Shown here: in pieces, positions 54,901 to 62,715 of the stretch | Layout of the letters: every line of letters starts with the position of its first letter | How positions within the stretch are numbered: position 1 is the first letter of the stretch | Source: Anaerolineae bacterium | Lineage (GTDB): Bacteria; Chloroflexota; Anaerolineae; Aggregatilineales; UBA3940 | Assembly: GCA_016926985.1 (NCBI GenBank) | Contig: JAFGNO010000093.1 | Coordinates: 2,933-66,932 of the forward strand | Direction of reading: 5' to 3' | Length of the DNA: 64,000 nt | Translations under genes and position numbers: made by a program | The notes under the pieces: model-generated | What the model was told of the DNA's origin: nothing | Databases searched by the model: none | Seen by the model: only the letters and a program-made list of their open reading frames with translations

Positions 54901-55988
54901 CCGACCTCGTTCAGTTCTACTCCACGGAACCCGACATGATGATGGAGGACATCATCAGGGAACTCGGAACCAAGGCTGGCGTGCAGGATTTCGAATTCGA
55001 TCAGGCTTTAGAAACGGCAGTCTCCTCCACTGCAGGTACGTGGGGAGCACCGTCCTACCTCCCCGGTCGCAAGAATTTCATCGCCAGATTTAACGCACCC
55101 ACCCTCTCATCTTCGCAGGAAGTCGGTGTGATCTGCCGGGCAACGGCTCAGGAACCAGCGATTGCAGACCTGGACCAGGGCTACATGATTACGCTGACTT
55201 GGGAGAACAAGCTCAGGTTCTACATCAACACGCTCGGAACCTGGATCATGCTGGAGGAGTTTGCACCGGGCTTCTCATTTGCCGGTGAGGTGCGCATATC
55301 AGGCCAGGACGATGCCTTCTCAGTCTGGGTCAGCGGGCGCTATGCCTACACCTTCCACGACGCTACCTGGGCTGATGGCGAGTACGCCGGGATGATTGTA
55401 TACGGGGCGGCTACTGTTACGCCGAACTGGTCCGACCTGGACCGCCGCAAGGATAACTACATCTTTGATATGGGTCAGCGAGGCGCCCAGCTTCTCGCAG
55501 ACATGATTGGGCAGCGGCGTATCTATTACCACGACAGCCAAACCGGTGCCCTGAAAGTCTTCCGGTCCAGGCCCGCTGCCTATGATGTGGGGGATGTACT
55601 GATCGCGTCGAATGATATCCAGTCTGATGGGGCTGCCGCATCCCGCGTGAGGGCAGAGGGCTACAACGTAGCCGAATACGTTGACTACGATCTCCTCCGG
55701 GAAGAGGGCAACCTGTTCAAGCTCATCAATGCCATGGAAGCCAATGACGCCTGGGAGAGCTACGAAGAAGCACGCAAGGTGCTGCTTGAGGCAGCCAGCC
55801 GCACCAGCAACTATGCGCCGGTCGGATTTGCCGATCCCCGCATTGAACCCAACGATCAGATTGTTCTGTCACTGCCAGATGGAGATGTTTCCGTGATCGT
55901 GGATGAGGTCCAGTTCGGGATGGATATTGCGTCAGACCGTGTGACCTTCGACATGGAGATAGGAGCGCGAGATGCCGAGGGGTCTTAA
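51981..55988 (+). CDS. large tail/baseplate protein with LamG/ConA-like lectin-type segments
   Basis: 1335 aa from MRTLPVGF. DDTWHWLMMTFQDGLIRVFYRLD and ENKLRFYINTLGTW...VWVSGRYAYTF resemble LamG strands. Contains palindrome copies 13 and 14. Confidence 0.65.
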   Translation: MRTLPVGFLSDVENSRSISARLTFRDNRLVFTERVLADSLGLADPSTADAAPSGTGILRVVNYSNALYTQDITDPSSILYPDWADASISLAVSSRPGVEGDRIWYQDSIGDIYYWDYPSGSPVLVTSSYAAYTVTLAPVSTSVCYIHFLDQGWGRIVRLTSAGAETEWQGRIYGNVVTAQYFDAVTLNGEDHLYAADQNDGRLLTLKYYEGIWSDTSYVIPLDVVDETSYFRMAYASVIDGKVVITGRLSRQTEYDVPVAFDIYTFGPDHYTMGRDLFVSQEDIGGKMFLIDSMLFYVGINTVSEADATMLVGYDHPDHKVVVNDLHSWSLGCAGNTSGQFSASLARSEEDAMIRRNAEALLEININGAWATMATVSLDTVTATDDMDRQELLLSGRSSAIKKLSMWESDQNYDYWSQAKLSAHPGELENVIRVTGLWDEADAGPLELEDLNVDGVLYMSAKASRGGLMRAKFQKPTADDFSPLYGVALNYYYNTEAEIGHNGLLAIWGDDQHSGGAGIGLYYWDDGVMTLLTSASLSIPDDTWHWLMMTFQDGLIRVFYRLDSTTTWTSVISMVFDEEDYLPWKREAFGRGGLYIRNRTPYSMTPGFSSNSMILPVESTASFPTSETVVVNQEKITYDGILSGTPIPGDLIYDPDGYTATRATHNNSYFDGSEIVARDGAYIPADRNLNSSASYLFGPSWKQTGLTMVTEIKFLLKRNGSPPPLYCYLVHDHYDNQAPQQQYVRSWGSVSYSSVGTSYSWVTFTITNPVWTSPTGYFAMLTMRNPSTGAHPGYDASNYWTVQIDNNNLERPGVIRAYNNGWYTVEGIAVPFQVLGRNRTGTGYEIYLDGRGSPCERDTYNNFSLVVTDGPGKGSVFTVTDYDWQAPNQWVPNQEYEAPEKWQDYAGLSGHGSWATSNLSRIFVQENPSGIIGAGTVFRMWPSLLVSERGVDGTLSTSHGETEVSVYRDASVQTDLVQFYSTEPDMMMEDIIRELGTKAGVQDFEFDQALETAVSSTAGTWGAPSYLPGRKNFIARFNAPTLSSSQEVGVICRATAQEPAIADLDQGYMITLTWENKLRFYINTLGTWIMLEEFAPGFSFAGEVRISGQDDAFSVWVSGRYAYTFHDATWADGEYAGMIVYGAATVTPNWSDLDRRKDNYIFDMGQRGAQLLADMIGQRRIYYHDSQTGALKVFRSRPAAYDVGDVLIASNDIQSDGAAASRVRAEGYNVAEYVDYDLLREEGNLFKLINAMEANDAWESYEEARKVLLEAASRTSNYAPVGFADPRIEPNDQIVLSLPDGDVSVIVDEVQFGMDIASDRVTFDMEIGARDAEGS
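52005..52022. repeat. 18-bp palindrome family copy 13
   Basis: CTTTCCGACGTCGAAAAC, 24 nt after the ATG of the 1335-aa tail gene. Confidence 0.85.
53846..53863. repeat. 18-bp palindrome family copy 14
   Basis: ATTTCCGACGTCGGAAAC. The two deviations are symmetric, so TTTCCGACGTCGGAAA is still a perfect palindrome. Confidence 0.85.
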
Positions 55989-57726
55989 CGCCAACATCAC
56001 TGCCATCGTTCAACAGGTTCTTGCCCGGAGGGAAGCGTATGAAGCGTCTTCCGGGATTGTCTTCGCCATTGACGGAGACCGGGTGGATTTACGGATCAGC
56101 GGCTCAGCCAATGTTATCCGCAATGTCGCGGTGATTGGCTCCGCCTCCAGTCTGGCAGTCGGTCAGGAAGTATCACTCCGCTGGGAGAACGGGCGCCCCA
56201 TCGCGCTGGCAACTTCAACCAGTCAAGCGCAGACGATCGTATCCACCGCTGGTGCATCATCCGATGTCGAGGTGGACGATGACACCATTGAACATTCTGC
56301 CTTCGGCCTTCGGATTAAGGCGGGCTCGCTGCAGCAGTGGCACCTCGCATTCACGCCCTCCGTAGAGGGGCACACGCACAAGGACAGTCTGGAACGCGCC
56401 GGTTGGCAGGTTGATACGGATGGGGCCATTTTCAAGAACGACACCTTCATTCATGCTGATGGGCAGTTGTCTCTTGGTGAGGGTGCGGATGTCATCAAGC
56501 TCGACAGCACCCACCCGGTTTACCGTATCTGGGCTGGCGCCCTGACCCCGGAAGCATCTACGTTTTCGGTGTCGAAAACTGGCGAGCTGTATGCCACCGC
56601 CGGCCAGATCGCCGGTTGGGACATTGAAGCAGATAAGCTCACCAAGAACAACATAGACCTTGATCCATCGGGCCAGATCACAGTAGGTACAGGCGACGAT
56701 ATCGCTGTACTGAGTTCAATTGACCTGGATGACTACGCCTTTTGGGTTGGCAGTGCCACGCCAGCTACGGCTCCATTCCGTGTGAAAAGCACTGGCGAGG
56801 TCTGGCTGGAAAATGCGCATGTTGCAACAGAGTTGGAGAGCACCAACTATGCGTCGGGGATTGCCGGATGGAAGATTGACCAGAGTGGCTGGGCTGAATT
56901 CAACGATGTCACGATCCGGGGCGAGATCGTTGCCTCCGTGTTCAAGACAGAAGAGGTTTCAGTCATTGCCGGGCGCCAGCGAATTACTGACGGAACAACA
57001 TTTGCGATTGATGCGGACAGCGTCGACACCATGATTACCCTGACAGATCCGGTTTTTGAGATGCACGATCTTCTGTATGTTGTTCCGTCTGCGGGGACAA
57101 AAGAGTGGATGCAGGTAACCGGCGAATACACTCACACCGCAGATGGGTATGAATATCCAGTGATGCGCGCGGCGGACGGCATGACAGCTCATGACATCAT
57201 GGCGGGTACATCCATTCATTCAACCGGTGCAGCCACCTGGCCTGACCCAGTGCCTTTGTTTGGCGAGATCCAGTTTGGCGAGGAACTTTTCGGAGGTGGC
57301 CCGTATGCTGCATTGGGTGGCTTCCTGACACTGGAGGGGTCCAGGGACTATGGCCCCTACTTTGGTGTAGCCCGTCGCTTCGGCCCGCATCCATATCAGA
57401 TTGCAGACGTAGCCAGGTTTGGTCTGGTGCGCGGCTTTCTGGGAATAGGCGAAACTGAATATGGTGTTGCGATTGGCGATGCCAACCGACATTTTATCTA
57501 CACCTATAATTCGGGTCTCGAAATCCAGACCGACGAAGGAAATCTGATCATTAATGATAATGGTCTTCGCGTAGACCGTGTGACTTTTACACCGCGCACG
57601 GTTGCCCCGAACTATGTGGACCAGACTTTAATCATCTGGTTGGACGACAGCGGAAATCTCATGGGCCGTTATAAGGACGGAGCCACGGAGACAGAAGCGA
57701 CGATCCAAGCCTTTGGAGGAGCGTAA
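55972..57726 (+). CDS. tail fibre/tail protein
   Basis: 584 aa in the structural block. Contains palindrome copy 15. Confidence 0.55.
   Translation: MPRGLNANITAIVQQVLARREAYEASSGIVFAIDGDRVDLRISGSANVIRNVAVIGSASSLAVGQEVSLRWENGRPIALATSTSQAQTIVSTAGASSDVEVDDDTIEHSAFGLRIKAGSLQQWHLAFTPSVEGHTHKDSLERAGWQVDTDGAIFKNDTFIHADGQLSLGEGADVIKLDSTHPVYRIWAGALTPEASTFSVSKTGELYATAGQIAGWDIEADKLTKNNIDLDPSGQITVGTGDDIAVLSSIDLDDYAFWVGSATPATAPFRVKSTGEVWLENAHVATELESTNYASGIAGWKIDQSGWAEFNDVTIRGEIVASVFKTEEVSVIAGRQRITDGTTFAIDADSVDTMITLTDPVFEMHDLLYVVPSAGTKEWMQVTGEYTHTADGYEYPVMRAADGMTAHDIMAGTSIHSTGAATWPDPVPLFGEIQFGEELFGGGPYAALGGFLTLEGSRDYGPYFGVARRFGPHPYQIADVARFGLVRGFLGIGETEYGVAIGDANRHFIYTYNSGLEIQTDEGNLIINDNGLRVDRVTFTPRTVAPNYVDQTLIIWLDDSGNLMGRYKDGATETEATIQAFGGA
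56562..56579. repeat. 18-bp palindrome family copy 15
   Basis: GTTTTCGGTGTCGAAAAC. Confidence 0.85.
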
Positions 57727-59000
57727 TGACCATACCGACAACTATCAATTTCCCCGTTTCGATTGACGACGAAAATACCTTTTTGGGATTTCCCGTCGAT
57801 AGTCAGAGTTTCACTCTGTCGATTGGCGTGGACGGGGTCTCCACATCAATTACGGTAAGCGAGGACTGTTCTGGGATCAATGTTCCCTACCTGGCCCGTT
57901 TCCAGTCCGGCGAATTTGTTTACATCACTGCAAAGGATAATGGGACAAAGGTTCTCACTGTTGAGCGGGGCGTAAACGGCACCTCGGCAACTTCGCATGA
58001 CGGCGGTGAGGTATTACGACTGGGCCTAACCGCTCCGCAGTACAACCAGCTCATCCGCGGCATTGAAAATTTGCAGTCCACGCTGGGTGTTGCCGTCAGC
58101 ACCTCCGGCTCTGCTGCCGGGACGGTCGCCGGGCGTATTGCAGCTATCGAAGATGACGTCAGTGCGCTCGGCACTTCGCCGGAGGGTAGTTATGCTGACG
58201 TGGCTGCAAGACTGACGGCTATAGAGGGTGACATTGACACTGCCGAAAGCGATATCAGCACTATTGAGGGCACTCTTGGCACAAGTCCGGAGGGCAGCTT
58301 CGATGATGTGGCAGCTCGACTGGATGATCTTACAATCAACTCCGAGCGCCTCATTGCCTCGCAAGGTTCCACACTCACGATCTCCTCCGGTGCAATTACC
58401 GTTGGGGGTGCCGGATGGTATAGAGTTGAGGGTGAAGGGGCGGCGGCTGATACTCTATCCGTAATAAACGGTGGATCAAAGGGAGATATAGTTGTATTTT
58501 CTGCCTATAGTGGCACTGTAACGATCACCCTTGAGCATAGTTATCCGACAGCTAATGGTATTTTTATCTCCTACTCAGAGGCAGATATTTTACTTAGTGC
58601 GAACGCTTCGGTCTTCGTGTCGTTGATCTACAACGGAACATTTTGGGAAGTCCTCAACGCCAACACCCGCCCCGTCTACCTCGGCTTCACAATCGGTAAC
58701 GGCACAGATGCAATCGCCAGTGGAAGCTATTGTGACTGGCCGATGGCTCCTTCAATGGTCGTGACGGGAATTTACGGCGTGGCAGATGCGAGCGGGTCCG
58801 GGCAGATTGATGTTTTTGCAAGCGACGGCCTCTGTGCCCCGGCCGTGAAGCGGTACGACTTCGACTTTTCCAGTCAGCAGACGGTCTCGTCAACGGGCAA
58901 ATCAGACGAGTATGCGGCCAGCAGTTGGCGGGTCAAGGCCATGAACGCCTTCACAACGATCAAACAGGTGTCCGTGGTAATTGCCGGATGGACAAGGTAA
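57726..59000 (+). CDS. tail fibre protein with a tandem coiled repeat
   Basis: 424 aa. LGTSPEGSYADVAARLTAIEGDI and LGTSPEGSFDDVAARLDDL repeats. Confidence 0.55.
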   Translation: MTIPTTINFPVSIDDENTFLGFPVDSQSFTLSIGVDGVSTSITVSEDCSGINVPYLARFQSGEFVYITAKDNGTKVLTVERGVNGTSATSHDGGEVLRLGLTAPQYNQLIRGIENLQSTLGVAVSTSGSAAGTVAGRIAAIEDDVSALGTSPEGSYADVAARLTAIEGDIDTAESDISTIEGTLGTSPEGSFDDVAARLDDLTINSERLIASQGSTLTISSGAITVGGAGWYRVEGEGAAADTLSVINGGSKGDIVVFSAYSGTVTITLEHSYPTANGIFISYSEADILLSANASVFVSLIYNGTFWEVLNANTRPVYLGFTIGNGTDAIASGSYCDWPMAPSMVVTGIYGVADASGSGQIDVFASDGLCAPAVKRYDFDFSSQQTVSSTGKSDEYAASSWRVKAMNAFTTIKQVSVVIAGWTR

Positions 59001-59004
59001 GGCG

Positions 59005-59661
59005 ATGGCTATTTCAAGAGTATCGTATTCCAATCCGGCATTAAGCACTTCGGCTGGGGCTACAACTACGGTCCCCCTGAATGTCGGCACGGGGCCTGGG
59101 CGATTTGTGATTGCCTTTATGTGCGGAGAAAACGCCTGCGGAAGTTTCATCCGGGAAAACAGCACCACAACGAATGATTTCACGAAGGTCCTAATCGATA
59201 CGTGTCAGGGCTACTATTATCGCGCTGTTACCGGAACTGGAACCGTTAACTTTTATGTTAAAACTGGCAGCACGTATGAGCAAGTGCATTTCGCCTGCTA
59301 CCAGGGAGTGGACACAGGCGCGGTCGCCTACCTTGGCGGAAAGGGGTTTGTTCAATCCAATCGAAGCTGGTCTGAAAACTATTCCAAGAATGGCTTTCTC
59401 TGGGCTGGACACGGTATGGAGCGTGGGCAGGAAAACAGCTTTAGCGTCACCGTAGCCTCTGGCGTCAACCATCTCAGCAGCCGCTGTGTCGGAACCTGTT
59501 ATGGAAGTCGCGGGGCTGCGTGCGATAGATACGTGTCCGGCAGCGGCAGTGTTACGATGGGCTGGTCTGGGTTCGATGGAACCAGTTACGGCACTGGACC
59601 AAGTGTGTTTCTTCCTGAAAAGACCGCAGGCGGCAACAAAATCTTTGGGGGTGTATTTTGA
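59005..59661 (+). CDS. hypothetical structural-module protein
   Basis: 218 aa from MAISRVSYSNPAL. Confidence 0.45.
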   Translation: MAISRVSYSNPALSTSAGATTTVPLNVGTGPGRFVIAFMCGENACGSFIRENSTTTNDFTKVLIDTCQGYYYRAVTGTGTVNFYVKTGSTYEQVHFACYQGVDTGAVAYLGGKGFVQSNRSWSENYSKNGFLWAGHGMERGQENSFSVTVASGVNHLSSRCVGTCYGSRGAACDRYVSGSGSVTMGWSGFDGTSYGTGPSVFLPEKTAGGNKIFGGVF

Positions 59662-60314
59662 GAGCCTTCATCATTGGAACCGGACCGTCCATCCAGTCCG
59701 TTGACTTCAATCAGTTGCAGGCTGAATACTGTTTCACGACAGGCCGTATTCATCTTCTGCTGCGCGACTTTGACTTCACTCCGGCGGTTCACGTCATCAC
59801 GGAAAGCTCAGTCAATCCTTACTTTCCAGAGGATAGGCAATATCATCTGGCGCAATCGTATGAATTGATTGTCATGGCAGAGTTACTGCCAAAATCAATT
59901 TACGATGACTGGACACGAAAGCCCAATATTACTCCTTACGGCATGTGCCCGCATACGGTACATCATCCTCCTGACGCATGGCATTTCCCCTATCTGTGCA
60001 AACAGGGTGGCGCCGTTCCGGTTGCGATCCAGGCGGCAGTCATGCGTGGCTTTGAGGAGATCTATCTTCTGGGCTGCGATGGGAACTTTCGAGCAACAGA
60101 TGCTCATTCTGGCAACTATTTCCACACAGATTACAACATTTCATTCGGGTCTCAATTCGCAGAGGAGCGCAATCAAAGCCTGATGCTTGCTCACACCCTT
60201 GCCGCTAAAGAGTGTGCCGAGCGGGGTGTGAGTATCTACAATCTGTCGCCGGACAGTATGTTTGATATGTATGAAAAGAAAACACTCACGGAAGTATTGG
60301 AGGAGAAATCATGA
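59658..60314 (+). CDS. glycosyltransferase-like protein (DUF115/MptE-like or GT42-like N-terminus)
   Basis: (TTG start) RAFIIGTGPSIQSVDFNQL... and EIYLLGCDGNF resemble the (I/V)IGNGPSL ... LG.D pattern of Maf/CstII-type transferases. Confidence 0.4.
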   Translation: MRAFIIGTGPSIQSVDFNQLQAEYCFTTGRIHLLLRDFDFTPAVHVITESSVNPYFPEDRQYHLAQSYELIVMAELLPKSIYDDWTRKPNITPYGMCPHTVHHPPDAWHFPYLCKQGGAVPVAIQAAVMRGFEEIYLLGCDGNFRATDAHSGNYFHTDYNISFGSQFAEERNQSLMLAHTLAAKECAERGVSIYNLSPDSMFDMYEKKTLTEVLEEKS

Positions 60315-60655
60315 CCGCAGTAACCCTGAACGTAACACAGCAGTACGATCTTCCCCTGATCACATTCGATGCAGAACAGAACTCCGTCAAGGTGATCCAG
60401 GTGGTGCGCTGGATGCTTCCGGATGGAAACACATGGAAAACACGGGAGTATACCTTCTGGGAAACAGTCCCGGCGCCGGTGACGCGACCTGTCTACGATG
60501 AGCAAGGCGTGCAAACCGGGACCGAGGAGGTTCCGAACCCGGATACCTGGAAGCTGCTTCCCTCTGCGTATGCCCTTGGCGCCAGGGGGCTGTACGACTA
60601 CCTGATCGGACAGGTATCGCCCCTTGAAGAGGCTGAGATCTTGAGCATGGCGTAG
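60311..60655 (+). CDS. hypothetical protein
   Basis: 114 aa. ATGA coupling. Confidence 0.5.
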   Translation: MTAVTLNVTQQYDLPLITFDAEQNSVKVIQVVRWMLPDGNTWKTREYTFWETVPAPVTRPVYDEQGVQTGTEEVPNPDTWKLLPSAYALGARGLYDYLIGQVSPLEEAEILSMA

Positions 60656-60672
60656 TTTTCGACGTCGGAAAC
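60655..60672. repeat. 18-bp palindrome family copy 16
   Basis: GTTTTCGACGTCGGAAAC. Starts at the last base of a stop codon. Followed by the AAAGGAG RBS and the endolysin ATG at 60685. Confidence 0.9.
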
Positions 60673-60684
60673 AAAGGAGCTGGT

Positions 60685-62706
60685 ATGGCATGGATTGATG
60701 AAAGTGTCAAAGCAATTGATGTGTCGGTATTCAACGTAACCAAAGCGAACGCAGCTGCTGGAAGGCTGATTGACTTCTTCGAACTGAAGCGCCTGAACCC
60801 GAATATCCAGGTGGTGATCTCGCGCCTGGCCGGGGCCAATGGTCTCGACCCGCACTTCGAGCACAACTACGATCAAAGCGGCGAGGCTGAATTCGACCAG
60901 GGTCTTTATCTCAATGCCAATCCCTATTACTCGGTGGATTACATGCTCAACGAATGGTGGGGCCCCGGTATTGGCAATCGCAAACCCCCGCTGATTGTCA
61001 TGGACGCAGAGGTCAACGGCTGGAAAGACAAGAAGGGCAAGTGGCATGACCGCAAGTCACCAGAAGAGGCAACCGCTCACGTGCAGGAAGTCCTGGCAGC
61101 GATCCGGCGGGAGTGGCCGTTTGCATTCAACTGGATCTATTCCAAGAACTGGTGGAACGAGAACATCATCAAGGGCTGGGAGCGCAAGGAGAAATTCTGG
61201 ACGTCCCATTATCCGTACTGGGAGAAATACGAGGGCGAAGAAGAGGAGTGGCGGGAAGCGTGGACGTTTGAGGAAGTGGATAAATTCCTGCCCATCACAG
61301 CCAGGCACATTCCCAAGCGTGCTTACTATGTGACCGATGAGCAGCTGGACGCCTTCCAGTTTACAAGCCAGGGGCGGATTGCCCCGATCTGGATCAACGA
61401 GGAAGAAGGTATGCCTGTTGATCTGAACTACATCAAGAAGGAAGCATATGAGAGGATATGGGGCCGGCAGTCTTCCAATGAAGAAAAGCCGCCGGTTATC
61501 ATTCCGGGGACAAAAACAATGAACTTCACAGGCAAGTGGGTGTACATCTGGAACATCAAGAACATCTTTCGCGGCGACATCAATCAGATCATTACCGAAC
61601 TGAAACGCGCCGGTACCCGTGGGGTGGCTGTCAAGGTGCAGGATGGGCCCAGCCGCTATCCCTGGACAGAAGCAGACCAGGCATCCACCCGGCGCTTCAT
61701 GAATGCCTGTAAAGCCAACGGCATCCGTGTCGGTCTCTGGGCCTATGTCTACCTGACCAACGCTGTTGCAGAAGCCAACCTGTCCAGGCAGCTCATTGAC
61801 GAGCTCAGGCCGGACTTCTTCCTCATTGACGCAGAGGATCATGCCAAGGGCAAGGTTGCTTCGGCGTGGGTGTATGCAAAGATGATAAAGGGTGCCGCCA
61901 CTGAAATCGGCCTTTCCTCCTACCGCTTCCCCTCCCTGCACAGCGATTACAGGGACCGGAGCGGCAAGTTCTGGCCGGGGCTTCCCTGGGAAGCACTGCG
62001 CTCCTGCTGTACCTTTGACAGTCCGCAGGTGTACTGGCGCAACCGCGATCCGGTTGAGGATCTGAGGAAATCGAAGGCTGAATTCGGAGCGATGAGCCCG
62101 AAACTGCCCTTCTTCCCCGCCGGGGATCTGTATTACGAACATGGCATCAAGCCTACCGCGGCCGCAGTGCGCCGGTACCTGGATGCCTGTGTTGCTGACC
62201 CGGACATTACCGGAACCCTGATGTGGAGTATGGACCAGGGCGAGACCACGCCGGATCTGTGGGCAGCGTTTGCGGAATACACCTGGCCTGGTGACGATCC
62301 CCTTTTCTATCCTGAAGTGGATGCTTCGCAGGCAGTGGGTGACTTCCTGGACAAGATCGAACAGGCCGTCGTTGAGAAAATCGAGACATACCAGGAAGCC
62401 CTGGAGCAGGGCCTGCTTGCCGGAACGCTGCCGATGCCGCAAGGGTGTGTGGATACGGTTATCTCGATGGCATTTGTGGAATATCTCGAACCGATCCTGG
62501 GGCGCCGGATTGGATGGAAGGAGCTGGCCCGGTTTGCAGGGGCTGTAAAGGCATCCATCCTGAACATCCGCACCGGGCCGGGAACCCAGCACGCCAGAGC
62601 GGGGCAATACCGCCGCGGTGATCGGGTGGACATCTTCGAAGAAAAAAACGGTTGGGGACGCACAGACCGGGGATGGATCTCGCTTGACTATATCCAGAGC
62701 ATGTAG
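60685..62706 (+). CDS. endolysin-like protein: glycoside-hydrolase-like (GH25-like) N-terminal region plus C-terminal SH3b
   Basis: KAIDVSVFNV...RLIDFFELKRLNPNIQVVISR resembles the GH25 start. C-terminal ILNIRTGPGTQHARAGQYRRGDRVDIFEEKNGWGRT is SH3b-like. Confidence 0.55.
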   Translation: MAWIDESVKAIDVSVFNVTKANAAAGRLIDFFELKRLNPNIQVVISRLAGANGLDPHFEHNYDQSGEAEFDQGLYLNANPYYSVDYMLNEWWGPGIGNRKPPLIVMDAEVNGWKDKKGKWHDRKSPEEATAHVQEVLAAIRREWPFAFNWIYSKNWWNENIIKGWERKEKFWTSHYPYWEKYEGEEEEWREAWTFEEVDKFLPITARHIPKRAYYVTDEQLDAFQFTSQGRIAPIWINEEEGMPVDLNYIKKEAYERIWGRQSSNEEKPPVIIPGTKTMNFTGKWVYIWNIKNIFRGDINQIITELKRAGTRGVAVKVQDGPSRYPWTEADQASTRRFMNACKANGIRVGLWAYVYLTNAVAEANLSRQLIDELRPDFFLIDAEDHAKGKVASAWVYAKMIKGAATEIGLSSYRFPSLHSDYRDRSGKFWPGLPWEALRSCCTFDSPQVYWRNRDPVEDLRKSKAEFGAMSPKLPFFPAGDLYYEHGIKPTAAAVRRYLDACVADPDITGTLMWSMDQGETTPDLWAAFAEYTWPGDDPLFYPEVDASQAVGDFLDKIEQAVVEKIETYQEALEQGLLAGTLPMPQGCVDTVISMAFVEYLEPILGRRIGWKELARFAGAVKASILNIRTGPGTQHARAGQYRRGDRVDIFEEKNGWGRTDRGWISLDYIQSM

Positions 62707-62715
62707 GGTGGGCCA

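Noticed and set aside
54987-55004. GATTTCGAATTCGATCAG, a degenerate palindrome candidate
   Set aside because: The centre and right arm do not match. The local TCGAATTCGA palindrome is probably incidental.
57756-57776. GTTTCGATTGACGACGAAAAT, arms similar to the family but with an 8-nt centre
   Set aside because: The different spacing would not fit the same dimer or hairpin geometry. A single instance.
1449-60672. Palindrome family considered as a CRISPR array or MITE
   Set aside because: The copies are kilobases apart with irregular spacing and no shared flanks or spacers. At 18 bp they are too short for a mobile element.
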